From Octopus vulgaris (lineage: Eukaryota): a DNA stretch of 64,000 bases. Location: NCBI GenBank assembly GCA_951406725.2, contig OX597821.1:20956001-21020000 (forward strand). The letters are read 5' to 3'. The position numbers were made by a program, and so were the translations under genes. Positions 39,310-52,450 of this stretch are shown one piece after another; the stretch's first letter is position 1, and each line of letters begins with the position of its first letter. The notes beneath the pieces are model-generated. The model did no database searches, was not told where the DNA came from, and saw nothing but the letters and a program-made list of their open reading frames with translations.

Positions 39310-41470
39310 TCATCATGTGCCTTCACTGCAATACTGAGCACAGCTTTATGTGTCTTGGATATGAGCTGTATTTTGTTGTGGTGCTCTTATTTTCACTCTA
39401 TTGAAAGTGTTTTACGTAGGATGTGTGTGGTGTTTAGTAGTGCTATTTTTTACATGTTATATATACTTGTAAGTCCTATTGCACTTGTTATGTATATGTC
39501 TGAATGTTACTTATCGTACCTAATGCAGCAACTATAATAGTAATTGTTTCTATTTTTAGGGTTCAAATTCGAGTTGCATCTATTTCCAGATTTTTGTACT
39601 TAGAAAGTTTCTCCGTTTCTTTTAGAGAAGCCTTGTCATCTTTTGGTATTGATGCATCGATTAGAAAGCGTTTTCTTTTTCTTGGCGATCTCGAACAACT
39701 CTAACCGGCCTATTCGCCTTAATTCCTCTATCTCTGTGTATTGGCATATCCCAGAGTATGGTTGCTGTGAACTTTTCTGGGGTGTGCCCCTACCATCCTC
39801 TTCTGGTTGTTATTCCGTAGTGCCGGCATAGTTTCCAGTGTATATAGGTCTCAACCCTGTCGTGTCTCTGAATATGTCCGTTCCTAACCAGAACTGGCTA
39901 GACATAGACAATATGATTTAATTCTTCTGCATCACCACATATTCTGCAGCTACTTCTATTTCTTTTCATTAAGCATTTTTGATTATTTCTGGTGAGAAGG
40001 CTTTGATCTTGTGCTGCAATTAAACATCCTTCAGTCTCTGCTTTAAGTCCTGGGCTTCTCAACCATTGTTGGGATTTTGCTTTGTCTCTTTCTTTTCGGT
40101 TTAGCTTAACCGAATATTTGCCACGCAGGGAGTTTTCTTGCCATCGTTTCATGATATGTTACTATTCCAGTTTTAGATTGGATTTCAGTTGTTTTACGGT
40201 TTTTGTTATTTCTTTTTTTCTTCTTCATAGTTGCTAGGTACTATGGCTTCTTTTTCGTATTTATCAGTTTCCTTAAAGACAGAAAGCAGTATTTTGCTTT
40301 GTTCATGTTTTGTGGCTATTCGTATTAGTTTCACTTACTTCTGAAGTAGGTATTTCTATAGTCCTATGATGGTTATTTCGTAATACCTTTCAAGCTATAA
40401 GGCCTCTACCACCTCCGATACGTTGTATGTATAACAATTTTATGTAAGATTTCGGGTGATACATCCTAAATCCTGTCATTATATTGTTGTCATGTCTATT
40501 TTGGGTATTTCATATAGTATCCAGTTAAGAATATTATAGCGGTAACTTACAAGCGGAACAGCTAAAGTGTTGATAACTGTTATCTTGTTTTTCGCTTTGA
40601 GCTCTGTTTTCTGACTCGTCTATAGTAGCCTTTTTTATATTCTCTTTCACTTTTGTGTGCTGTATCGTATCTAGTTCATGTTCATATGTCTGGCTAAGTT
40701 CTAATTGTCTTATTTCATTTGCTTTATCTAGTATGATGTTGTTACTCTTGATTAATTTTCCTCTTTTCAAGGTTGCTTTGGAACATTTTCCTAAGCTAAG
40801 TCCATGCACTGTCTGTAGTAATGTTTCCAGCTGCTTATTATTAGTATCGTGCAGTTATATATCATCCATATACAAGGGGCGGTTGATTGCTTTGTCGTCA
40901 TAACAGTTATACCCACATCCAGTTCTGTTTAGCACGTCAGATGAAAGTGTTAGTCCCAAACAGAAACATAGTGGAGAGAGTTTGTCTCCCTGTAATATTC
41001 CACTTCTAATGCGGATGTCTTTGGTTTTTATGAGTCTGTCTTTTGTCTGGTGCTGTAGCACCCTTTGTCATTTATTTTTGGAATGTTTTTATATATTTTA
41101 TGATTATTGGTGCTACCTTGCCCATGGCTTGTCTTTCTAGGATACTTGTGTGGGGAATAGTTTCAAAAGCCTTTTGATAATCGATCCAAGTCAAACTTAG
41201 ACACTTATTCTTTCCGCGGCTATTTTCAGTTATGGCTTTATTGATAAGTAACTGATCTTTACAGCCGTGTGAACCCTTGAAGCATCTCTTCTGCTCTTCT
41301 GGAGACAGGTTGTTTTCTTCCAAATGTTTGCCCATTCTCTGCGGTATTATTGCAGTAAAGACTTAGTAAATTGTAATGCGGGAGACAAGTTTTCGGTCTG
41401 TAATTTTGTGGGTTTGCGCGTTTAGAGGATTTAGGAATTAGGGTAGTTTTCTTTTACGTGAGCCATTCAG
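39310..41470 (-). mobile_element. Degenerate Dong/R4-clade LINE (RT to RLE)
   Basis: ORF fragments GCKDQLLINK..WIDYQKAFETIPH, GILQGDKLSPLCF, LYMDDI, GLKAETEGCLIAAQDQ; 3' end abuts (TAA)n at 39194-39294. Confidence 0.9.
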
Positions 41471-41707
41471 TACGTACTTTTCGTTTGTTATCCTTCGGGT
41501 GAATAATACGGGTATTATGTGATTTATTCATTTTTTTGTGTATGGTGGTTGAGGACGGATACGGTTTGATGTTGATTGGACCCTAATATGGCGAGTGTGT
41601 TTACACGTATGGTGCGAGAGATAGAGATGTTATACTGTTAAAATACATCATTAATAAATTTTAATAAGCATCACTTACCCGGCTATAGTCCATCACTTTA
41701 GTAGTAT

Positions 41708-41763
<56 letters not shown>

Positions 41764-41859
41764 TTCCATCATTTTGTGGGTCGATCAATTAAGTACCAGT
41801 GAAAATTTTCCCCAAAACGTCAGGCTTTATGCCTTCAATAGAAACGATTATCATTATTA

Positions 41860-41890
<31 letters not shown>

Positions 41891-41900
41891 TATCATCATC

Positions 41901-41938
<38 letters not shown>

Positions 41939-42799
41939 GAGTAGCATTAGTAGTAGTAGAAGCAGCAAAAATAGTAGTAGTTGTAATGTACTGGATTGAC
42001 AGCTTTTCTCAGATATTGTTGGTCTCCAGCAATGTTGTTGTGTTATAGCTGTTGTTGGTGGTGTTGGTGGGGGTTATTATAACGATATTACCGTTATAAT
42101 AACCACATGAGTTCGTGACATTGTTACTGATATCTATTTTAGTTCTAGATTTTTATCTGCTGTTGTGAGGCTGTTGTTGCTGTAGTTGTTGTCAAATGCA
42201 TCTGCAACCCTTGTTGCAGGCATTGAGGATACAACATCGAATTCACTAACACTTCAAGTAACAACGCAAACCATGACAAGATCAACACGAACAACAAAGA
42301 CCGCGAAAAACAACAAAAAACACGATCTTCATTAGCGTAACTCCACAAAAACGACATCAGCAAAAGGGGAAAAAAACACAATACAAAGTGGATAGTACAC
42401 GTATATTTACGCCAGGCTTTTTGTAATCATACCTGCTGTGTTAAAACATGGGATAATATCGCCTTGTTTATATTTCCTATAAAGACAGACATGTTGTATG
42501 GAATATCTTTAGTCACAGGTCTACTAGAATACGACTGAGTAGAGTTAAACAATAGCAGCAACAGTTGTTGTTTTGTTAAAGATCTGCTTCTTATCAACCC
42601 TGTCAACCCATTAAGTTATCTGTAATGATATTCAAGATGGCGTGTGTAACTAGATCATCTGATAAGCGAGGGAGATATTGACGAGGGTGACGTCGACGAC
42701 GACGAGGATGAAGATGATGATGATGATGATGATGATAATAATGTTGTTAGTGGTGGTAGATATATACAGAGGTACTTGCACACACACACACACACACAT

Positions 42800-42861
<62 letters not shown>

Positions 42862-43266
42862 AGATAATAATAATATATAATATATAATATAATATTATAA
42901 TATAACATATATATGTGCATGTGAGGAATTTGTTGGTGGGGGTGTATGTATATATAAAATATTATAGAGTCAGTTAGAAGTGTAGGAAGTTTAAACACTT
43001 GTTGACATTTTGGAATAGTCGGTTACAGCTTGTTAAGTTATTTATATGTGAAATTATCGAGATGGTAGGTTACATCGCGGTTATTGAAGGTCTTCTTTAT
43101 CTCTTTGTTGAACTGGTTATCTATCACGTGCTATTGGATTCAACATTCATATATGTATGTGTGTGTATGTATGTGTAGCTATATATATGTATGGCATTAT
43201 GTGGGCATGTTTCTAGGTATGTGTGCATGTATATTTCTATGGATATGTGTATTAAAATGTGTATAT

Positions 43267-43500
43267 GTGTTTCTTTATTACCCAAAAGGGGCTAAACACA
43301 GAAGGAACAAACAAGGAAAGACAAATCGATTAAGTCGATTACATCGACCCCAGTGCGTAACTGCTACTCAATTTATCGACCCCGAAAGGATGAAAGGCAA
43401 AGTCGACCTCGGCGGAATTTGAACTCAGAACGTAACGGCAGACGAAATACGGCTACGCATTTCGCCCGGCGTGCAAACGTTTCTGCCAGCTCGCCGCCTT
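43267..43500 (-). mobile_element. Well-preserved tRNA-type SINE (family B)
   Basis: Minus strand GGCGGCGAGCTGGCAGAAACG...GAGTTCAAATTCCGCCGAGGTCGACTTTGCC...AATAAAGAAA. Confidence 0.8.
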
Positions 43501-43695
43501 AATAAAATTTGTATATGTATCTATGTTAATATGTTGCTTATTTAATAAAAACAATTATATTTATTTCTCATGTTATTTTTGTCAAATGCCGAAAGAAATA
43601 TTTAGAATAATAGGATTTTGAAAATGTTTCCTTACTTTATTCAAAGCTTTCAATTTCTTTTTTTCAGATTAAAATACGAATGTCATAACGTAGAC

Positions 43696-44100
43696 AACTT
43701 AAACTGGTTTCGGCCATTATCGACCCAGGCCATGACTAACTCAACAGCACCACCAGGAAAAGTCTTTTAGTCAATTATTTCAGGACACCATGGACCATTC
43801 AAGCAGAGAGATGCTGTTGGTTGAGATGTATGCAGGTGTAGGTGGTTTATCCGGTATTTCCTGAAGGAATTTCTCCAGGTACTGTTTGAAAGTTGTGTGG
43901 GTCTTTTTATACTTTAATTTCTTTTGGGATAACATTGAAAAGAGCAGGACCATTTGCAGTGAAGAAATTGTGTCGCAATATTCATAAGTGATGTGATCTC
44001 GGCCTTTATAGGGGACGCATTACACGGGGGTCTAGTCTTGGATGAATTGTAAGCATAATACGAATATCATTTAGATAATATTGGTGGAATATTTCATAAT
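43696..44100 (-). mobile_element. 3' fragment of CR1-group LINE
   Basis: Minus translation LRHNFFTANGPALFNVIPKEIK; tail CATGGCCTGGGTCG..TGGCCGAAAC; homologous to 46080-46378. Confidence 0.7.
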
Positions 44101-45341
44101 CATTATAATTATATAATTGCAATATCATTATATTCAAATATGAATATACATAACTTATAAATTTGAAAGAAATGTATTAAATATTTCGTTAGGAAATAAA
44201 ATTTCAGTATGTAAAACAAAACACCTCAGAACTTAAAGCTAATAATGGAAATGAAATTCTTAAATAATCGAAATTAGTTCCAAATATTACGTTTAGAAAT
44301 ATGACAGAAAAGGAACTTGGAGTAATAAATGCAATTACTTTTTTTGTCTTTTTTTTTCCTTGTTACCCCCGCCCTATCTATATGCTGTCTTCAAAATCTC
44401 ATTACGCTTGTTTACATTCTTCATAAAATATCTAAAAGCGAAATAGTGAATTTGCCTTTAAGTAGTGTAGTATTTGCAAGAGCCAAGCATCTGTAGCTTT
44501 ATCAAAATACATAAATGTATTTGCATATATAACATGCTTTATATAACTTTCTAAATATCATTCCATAATTTCTTTCCACTCAATACACCAAGGAATAAAC
44601 ACCAATAAAAATTCTAGTATTATATACTCGCAGCAATAAAGTCGAACGTTTCTATCAACCATTTTTATATTTGCAAGAGCGAACCTTCTTATACTAGTCA
44701 CAATGTATCAATATATTCACATATATAACACTTTATATATATATATATATGCATATGCATAAATAAAGAACATGAATATTTTCTCAGATTTCATTCCAGT
44801 CGAAACGTCAGCTAACAGACAGTAGCAGCAGAGTTTGAATAATACATATATCTAGAAACATTTTATTACGTTCATATAATATAAGCACGCCAGCTGCTGT
44901 TAAGATTTTACTCTCCGGAGCGTTATATAATGTATATTAATTTATTACGGTGAATGATATCATCGTAACTTTATCACGTAAACATAGCATTTCTGAAATG
45001 TGAGCGCAGGTGTTTCAGAATTTTGAGACATTTCGTAGCGGCGTTTTACTACATATATTTGAAATCTTAGTAAAATCTAGAAGAAACCATTTTTACGGTG
45101 TTCTGTTACAATCGTGTGACAACAGTGAGGTACTAGAGGTCCATAGTAAAAATGTCGTTATATTTAAGTAATGGAAGTGAAAAAAGTAAATATGCTCAAA
45201 TATATTTTCTTTCTTCGCCTAAGAATATATGGAGGTATTGCGTTGGTGACCTTAAGCTATGCCACTTTTATAAAAGACCGTTACATTACATATATGTGGA
45301 AGTGTATGTATATATATATATGTATATATTTATTTTATGTC

Positions 45342-45888
45342 AGGTCACTTTCGAGTGCTACTGGTAACATGTAACCCAGTACAACCTGTAGCATGGTCGG
45401 GTCGTCGGCGTTTAAACCGGCAACCCGACCAAGCTTGCTTGGTGAGGAGGGTGTTTACTGGACACCCTGCGGGATGAAAAACATAACCCGTCAAAGGGCG
45501 GAGGAACTCTTGAGAGTCAACGGCCATCCAATAAATGTCTTAAGGCTGTGTCATGCGCGGGGACATCGAAATAATCGGACTGAATACCCGATCGCGTTGT
45601 TAAACCATTGGGAGTGAATGGCTCCTAGCTTTTGTTTGGGCTTCCTTCTAGAAGAAGGTAACTCATGTAACAGGGATAACTCCGATATAAAACCTGCGGC
45701 TCAGTGGTTACCGATGATGTTGACTTGTTCTTCTTTTCGGATTATGGTTGCTTTTGCTTAGTGAGTGGGATTGACTCTGTGCACAGCCTTTCCTCACTTG
45801 AAAAAAATCTTCTTGCACAGGCATTGCACGATAACAACATTGATTAAGCTTCGTGCAATGGCCATACTCGATAACGAGGGGGCAGCCA

Positions 45889-45890
<2 letters not shown>
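45342..45890 (+). mobile_element. GC-richer ~550-bp non-coding insertion, possibly derived from an RTE-type LINE 5' UTR
   Basis: Sharp composition shift, ends in (TA)n; GGTGAGGAGGGTGTTTA..AACCCGTCAAAGGGCGGA resembles RTE leader sequences from memory only. Confidence 0.4.
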
Positions 45891-45945
<55 letters not shown>

Positions 45946-45977
45946 TAAGAAAGTTGGTTTGTGAAAGCACGTGGGTG

Positions 45978-47748
45978 AATATATAGAAAATAGTAAAGAG
46001 TGAAAAAACTACAGAAGGCTTAAATGTTAAAAAATATATATATTTGCGTCAATATGTCTGAAGAATATTAAAACTTAGATAAAACTTAGATATGTTTCGA
46101 CCAGAGATTGGTCCAGGCCATGTCTAACTTAATAGCACCACCTGATAGGATTATTCGAATCCTGTTTAAGTCAAGTTTTGTTCAAGTAGTGAGTTCTTGT
46201 TGGGAGAGTTGTATCCAATTATGGGTGGCTTGTCTGGTATTCTTTGAAGGAATCTATCCAGACTCTGTTTGAAGTTGATGGGATCCTTTTCCTCTTTGAT
46301 CTCCCTCGGGACAATGTTAAATAGGGCAGGGCCTGTTGAGGAAAAGAAATTATGTTGCAGTGTAAAAAAAATTTTTTTTTTCTCTTGTCGATGCAGTGTG
46401 CATCTACGTCTGAGTGATAGTCCCGTGGAACCCACGTAGTCTTGGTGGCAGCCCGAACATTTTATGACATAAATTATGTTTTCAGAGGCATGAGTAAAGT
46501 TAGATTTGATCTTGAATTTCTGTCCCTCTTTAAAGAGGAATTCTGATCCTTCTAGCAGGTTAGGACATGTTGCACAGTTCGATCTACCACATTTTTTAAC
46601 TTTTGCATCCGTAATTTCAGAAGACAATTTTGCTTTTGTGAGAATCTTTTTAAGTGATTTAGGCTGTTTGTAGCTTTTAATGATTTGGTGTATGTTTAGA
46701 ATTTCCTTTAATTTGGGGTCTTTATGAAGTATTGGTAAATTCTGGGTGATGATGGTGAAGGCTTCTTTGTTTCTGGGGTTGTATGTAGATATGTAAGGTA
46801 GTATTTTCGGGGAAGGTGTGTTGTTGTGTTGAACTTTTCTTAAAGTTTCTATGTTGATTTCTGTTGCACGTCTGATCCCATCCTCTATGAGTTGAGCTGG
46901 GTAATGTCTGTCAATTAGGGTGTTTTTGAGTTCTTGCAATCTAAAGTTCCTGGTATTTTGTTCTGACACTATTGTGCATATCCTTCTTGCAAGGTTGAAG
47001 GGGATGTTTGTTTTAGTGTGTCTTGGGTGGCATGAATTAAAAAGAAGTTATTGTTTGGCGTCTGTGGCTTTGTAAAAGATGTCTGTTTCTATTTTAAGGT
47101 TAATTTTTTTAATTAGTATATCCAAGAACGGGAGCTCCTTTTGGTTGTATTCCATTATGAACTGTATATTTGGGTTTATGCTGTTCAATATGTTTTTATC
47201 ACTCAGACGTAGATGCACACTGCATCGACAACAGATTACATTCCCAGAATATAGAATGATACCTTTTAGTGAGCACATTGAGAAATGCGCAAAGCAACTA
47301 CTACCACAACTTTTAATCTTTCCATTTTACCAATGTGCTTTCGGATCATCAACACAAATTAGACTAAACAAGGAAACATTCTTCATTGAAAAGTACAAGC
47401 CCAGATTCAACCATCCGAACATACTGATACAGAGAAATTCACACCAAGGGAAAGGAAAAATTTTTTAAACGATTATCTCCCTTACACCGGAAGAAATCAC
47501 TCACTACCTCCCCTTATTTAGAACTCTCCTGAATATAAAAATAACGATAACTCTATTCAACATAAACATAACGTCGCAAGAAATTTGAAAAGCTACACGC
47601 GAAGCCGGTCTTTCTTTTAAATTATGTCATTATAAGAGAAAAAAAAATTATTTTTGAATTTTCTAATATTCTTCAGACATATTGACGCAAATATATATAT
47701 TTTTTAACATTTAAGCCTTCTGTAGTTTTTTCACTCTTTACTATTTTC

Positions 47749-47752
<4 letters not shown>
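45978..47752 (-). mobile_element. 5'-truncated Neptune-type Penelope-like element with inverted terminal copy, in (TA)n
   Basis: Minus strand: LNSINPNIQF..ELPFLDILI..TDIFYKATD (RT), CGRSNCATC linker, IIYVIKCSGCHQDYVGSTG (GIY-YIG). Plus strand 47198-47752 repeats the GIY-YIG C-terminus and 3' end; termini 45978-46070 and 47665-47752 are inverted repeats. Confidence 0.9.
46080..46378 (-). mobile_element. CR1-group LINE 3' end embedded in the PLE
   Basis: LQHNFFSSTGPALFNIVPREIK...LDRFLQRIPDKP plus tail CATGGCCTGGACCA..TGGTCGAAAC; matches 43696-44100. Confidence 0.75.
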
Positions 47753-47825
<73 letters not shown>

Positions 47826-47917
47826 GGGTATGTGTGTGTGGTTGTTATCTAGTATATATGAATCACAGTATGTGTGTGTGTGTGTATAATGACTAACACA
47901 TATATTTCCACAATTCT

Positions 47918-48498
47918 CAACCGATTTTCACTAAATTCAAACGATTTACTTATGTCCGGAGAAAGGTCATGCACCATAATATTTTGCCCAGAGCTTCCGC
48001 GTAAATGGACAAATAGGGGGGGGGGCATTTTTTTGTATGTAGAGTCTTCAAAACACTTTTAATCTTTTTATAAAAGTGAAAGGATTTTGTCTATTTATTT
48101 CGTCTGTCAACCAGCAACAGTGATTAAGTTGACTAGGAACTATGTACGCGATGAATATCCAATACCAAATAATCTTAATCTCCATATTTAAACTGCTTTA
48201 ATCTTTGGCAACCGATTGACAACCGATTTTCATCAAACTATACACACTATGTCCCAAGAATGGTCATGCACTATAACATTTTGCCCAAAACTCCCACGTA
48301 AATGGGCATAAAAGGACATAATTTCTTGCATGTAGGGTCTTCCATACTTTTTAAAATCTTTTTATAATTGTTAAAGGATTTTGTTTACTTATTTCGAATG
48401 CCCACCTGCGACGTTTATTAAATTGACTAGGAACAATGTACGCGATGAATATCCAATACCAAATAATCTTAATTTAAACTGCATTAAACTTTGGCAAG
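47918..48498 (+). repeat. Diverged tandem duplication, ~300-bp unit
   Basis: CAACCGATTTTCA at ~47918 and ~48220; ATGTACGCGATGAATATCCAATACCAAATAATCTTAAT in both units. Confidence 0.85.
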
Positions 48499-49059
48499 CT
48501 TACCTTTACCTATATAAATATATCTGTGTGTGTGTGTGTGTGTGTGTTTACTCCCGCCACTGCTAGACAACAGGTTTTGGTGCATTTACGTCCCCGTAAT
48601 AAAGTGGTTCGGCAAAAGACACCAATAGAGTAAGTAAGAATATTGAAAAGCTGTGGGCACTTGAGACCAATCGGATCCAATATCTCATGATGACAATGTT
48701 GAGATTTTTGGTGCTAAGCAGTGACGCTCTGTTCTAAGTAGCCTTCAATGACGAAGTTTGGTAAAGTCCTTCCATGATTTTTCATTACATACCTTTCCTG
48801 CCTTTTCTCTCAGAAGTAGAGTCTTAACTCTTTTAATCTCTCCTAGTAGCTGGCATATCGCACTGTAACGATATTCTTTGTGTAGATTCACTTTATTGCA
48901 TCGAGTTACGTAATTAATCTTACATTCTATGGTGACCATAGTAGGGTGCAGAATCTAAACAACTGAGAAGAAATAACTCAAGAGAACCATCATGATTTCC
49001 TGTGTTCTCGTTCTGAAAGTTCAAATGATCCATCAGGCCAAACGTCGGCATTTTATTGC

Positions 49060-49530
49060 CAACACAGTATTACGCACCTGGAAAGATGCATCATTACTCA
49101 TGTCAATGACAAGGTTGCGCTCTGATTTTTATCCAGGCATTGCAGTCCTACCTGGGCCAGTATATCCTGTCTGCCTTTCACTCGGCTTCATGTGTTGGTA
49201 GCGCAAACCTTCAGTTTTTTCCAGCATTAAACTGCATGACGTCTTCAGCCCACCGGTATTTCGCATTCAACACATGTTGCATGTGCGCAGCATCTCCAGG
49301 GTTCTGTATCCTCTGATAAACATTTGTATCATTTCCAGAGGTAGCAAGGGTTGACCTCTGAGCAGCTGTGTGCATGCTTAATGTGAATAGCAGTGACCCC
49401 AAGAAAGTGCCCTGTAGGACACCACTCATCATATGCTTTTCAATGGAGGTAGTCATGATGGGTATCACCATCTGGTTTCTGTCTTTTAGAAATTCGTATA
49501 GCCACGCCACAGGCTCCCCTACTATGCTGA
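49060..49530 (-). mobile_element. CR1-group LINE RT fragment
   Basis: WLYEFLKDRNQMV..SGVLQGTFLGSLLF..YRWAEDVMQFNAGK. Confidence 0.75.
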
Positions 49531-49931
49531 GATTACGAGAACCATCTGTTTGGTGGAGTGGCGCCCTACCTTGCAATGTACAGAAGCAGTTTCTTTGGCA
49601 TACACAATGGGGGCTTTATGGTTTGATTTTATATTTTTAATAACCCAGTTTTCTTGTATGCTCATTCTTTTTCCTTCTTTTTTCCTTTTATTTCTTTCAG
49701 CCATTTCCATGCTGGAAATCTTCCATAAATAGTTTTTTATCGAAAAAAACCGGCCCCAGCACTTATTCTTTATAAGCCTAGTAATTAATCTCTTTTGTCG
49801 AACCGTTGTGTTATACAGATATAATTACACCAACATCGGTTGTTAAGCGATAATTGGGGTACAAACACAGACACAGGTAAATACACACACACACATACAC
49901 GCACACGCACATACACACACACACGCGCGCA

Positions 49932-49968
<37 letters not shown>

Positions 49969-49969
49969 A

Positions 49970-50075
49970 CACGGTCAAAGGCTATAGTAGAAGACACTCA
50001 CCAAAGGTGCCACGCAGTGGGACTAAACCCAGGCTGGGAAGCATGCTTGTTACCACACAGCCTCACCTGCGCCTC
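49970..50075 (-). mobile_element. SINE family A fragment
   Basis: Reverse complement of 825-925. Confidence 0.7.
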
Positions 50076-51224
50076 ATGGGAGCGTTTCTGCTTTTCCTCA
50101 ATATTTGTAGCGTTTTTTTTATCAGGCGAGACCTTTTTTCACTGTTTTGGCGGTTTTCAATCATTGTATGTCGTCTCTTAAAAAACTTCTCACACCTTGG
50201 GAATTTTGTAGGTATTTGCTACGCTGAAGGATCATGCAAGGCGGATTTACAACAGATCTATCATGATATTCTTCGGCTTTTAATAGAGACGACGTGACGT
50301 CTGCAGACAAAAAAGAAAAAAAGAAATGCCGATGGACACACTTTAGGCGATTATTTTTTGTATCTACAGAGACTAACTTACATTGAGTTTATATTCTTTA
50401 TGTCACTCACTTTTGAACAACAACCATAGATTAATCAGAATATCCAATGAATAACCTACTTGTATAAACGTATTATCATGCCAACCCATCATAGCTTGCA
50501 ATAAGTTCCTAAATAACCTTATAGGTGGTATTCTCAGCTTTTCCTCTTAGAACAATATATTTCATAAACCGACTTAACTAATAACATGTCGTTAGCTATC
50601 GAATTCAAAGCGAAAATCCTTCCTTACCTAACTCTCCGCGCTCTAAACATATGTGTGTTTTCCTTAACATCAAATGAATGGTTCATGCAACTTCATACAA
50701 CTCTTTTCTATCTCATCAAAATTAAATGAAATATATCAAGAGACTTTCAAATGGTGATAGCCATATATTTCCATACAAACTAAATATATAGTAAACAATT
50801 CTACGCAACGTGAAATGTTACATAAGCGTATTAAATTCGAAAACTATGCTACACGTATCTACTAAAAAGACCGAATTCGCATGCTGATGCAGGAAAGAAA
50901 ATACAGACCCACTATTTAAGACCTTTAGTGAAGGAGCTGTGGGAAACAGTGATAATCTTCATGTATACAATTTAAACCTAAAGTGGGCATGATAGAAAAC
51001 TAATTTGAACAAAAGTTTTAGAATTATATTTATAATTATGCATCCTCAATTGGAGTAACGCAGTAAATGAGGACAATAATCTTAATCTTAGTAAAGATCA
51101 AAGGTAATCGTAAAAGGGGACTCATGTAGAAGGGCAATTCTACCGGGAGCTGCCATATAGAATGATTACGAAAAATACACACGAATTTGAAATTAATCCA
51201 TTTCAGACATTCTACAACTGTGAA

Positions 51225-51530
51225 CGTGCATGGCTCAGTGGTTAGAGTGTCGAGCTTACGATCGTGAGGTTGTGAGCTCGAATCCCGGATCAGGCTGCAT
51301 GTTGTGTTCTTGAGCAAAACACTTTATTTCACGTTGCTCCAGTTCACTCAGCTGTAGAATGAGTTGCGATGCCACAGGTGCGAAGCTGTAAAGGCCTTTC
51401 CCTTTACCTTGGATAACACTTGTGGCGTGGAGAGGGGAGGCCAGTATGCATGGGCGACTGCTAGTATTCCATAAAGAACCTTGACCGGATTTGTACCTGA
51501 GAGGGTAACTTTTTAGGTGCATTCTTCCAA
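51225..51530 (+). mobile_element. tRNA-derived SINE
   Basis: A box TGGCTCAGTGG, B-box-like GCTCGAATCCC, followed by TTGAGCAAAACACTT. Confidence 0.75.
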
Positions 51531-51904
51531 CTTTCCTCATCTTGACGTATCTCTATATTTTTCCTATATATGTTACCAACATATATGTTACCAGAATGCT
51601 ATTAAACTGTTCTTTCGATTTTCGATAGCATTTTTCCAAAATTTTGCAATTAAAACACACGATATTTCAACTGTGCTATCGCAGATTTAGTGAACTTCAT
51701 GAAAACGGATTTAGTAAAACATTCATTTTCAAATACGTTTGGCTTCATAATATATCTAAAGGCGAGGGGTGTTATTTTAATGAATGCGTTGCATGGAATC
51801 CCTATTTGCATTGCCTGCTATATAATCGGCTGTATATTTTTTACCAAGAGCTACGTAAATGACGAAATATTTCGAATAGCTATTATACATGGTATATATA
51901 TTTT

Positions 51905-52450
51905 ACAAATGTCACTAAATGTGACTAGGGTATTAGAGAAACACTTACATTGCTAGAAAAAAGAGCTAAGCCGCTCTAGTGCTGTAGTTAACGCACATGA
52001 ATGAAAACACGCTAAGAGTGACCATAATTGTCCGAAAAGTGCCAATCGAGAAATCTTAAGACTGACACATCAGTTTTGGCAATTTCCTTTGCCTCATCTG
52101 TTAAGACAGCTCGTCTGTTCTGCTACTTCCGGGGTCGCTTCGCCATTAGTATTTATGCTTTCGCCATCCAAATATTGGGATGATTTAGCGATTCGCTAAT
52201 GTGTATATATAGAATTAATATAAACAATACTTTGTAATGTTTCACCAAAAAGAATTACAAATGTCACTAAATATAACTGGGGGGTGGGAGGGTAGGAAAC
52301 ACCAGCATTGATAGAAATAATAGCTAAACCGTTAGTGTATATGCTTTAACTAATGTGTATTAGCTACAGCATTAGAGCGGTTTAGCTCATATTTCTGGCA
52401 ATGTAAGTGTTTCCTAACACCCTTGGTACATTTAGGGACATTTGTAATTC
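51905..52450. repeat. Direct plus inverted repeat cassette (51905-51998, 52256-52335 direct; 52353-52447 inverted)
   Basis: ACAAATGTCACTAAAT...GAAACAC..CATTG.TAGAAA...AGCTAA.CCG occurs three times. Confidence 0.7.

Noticed and set aside
41660-41700. Minus-strand ATG GAC TAT AGC CGG GTAAGT, a possible first micro-exon
   Set aside because: A single donor-like match beside a microsatellite with no supporting downstream exon.
42145-42381. 78-aa hydrophobic ORF resembling a signal-peptide protein
   Set aside because: Lies in decayed (CAA/TTG) trinucleotide sequence, has no ATG start or clear splice context, and no recognisable homology.
46090-46130. Stem-loop plus GAAAC resembling a hammerhead (also 43700-43740 and 14390-14420)
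   Set aside because: No CUGANGA-type core; it follows LINE stop codons and is better explained as the CR1-group 3' tail hairpin.
51225-51300. tRNA gene-like A/B boxes (also 825-900 and 58926-58985)
   Set aside because: No complete cloverleaf; each continues into a SINE body.
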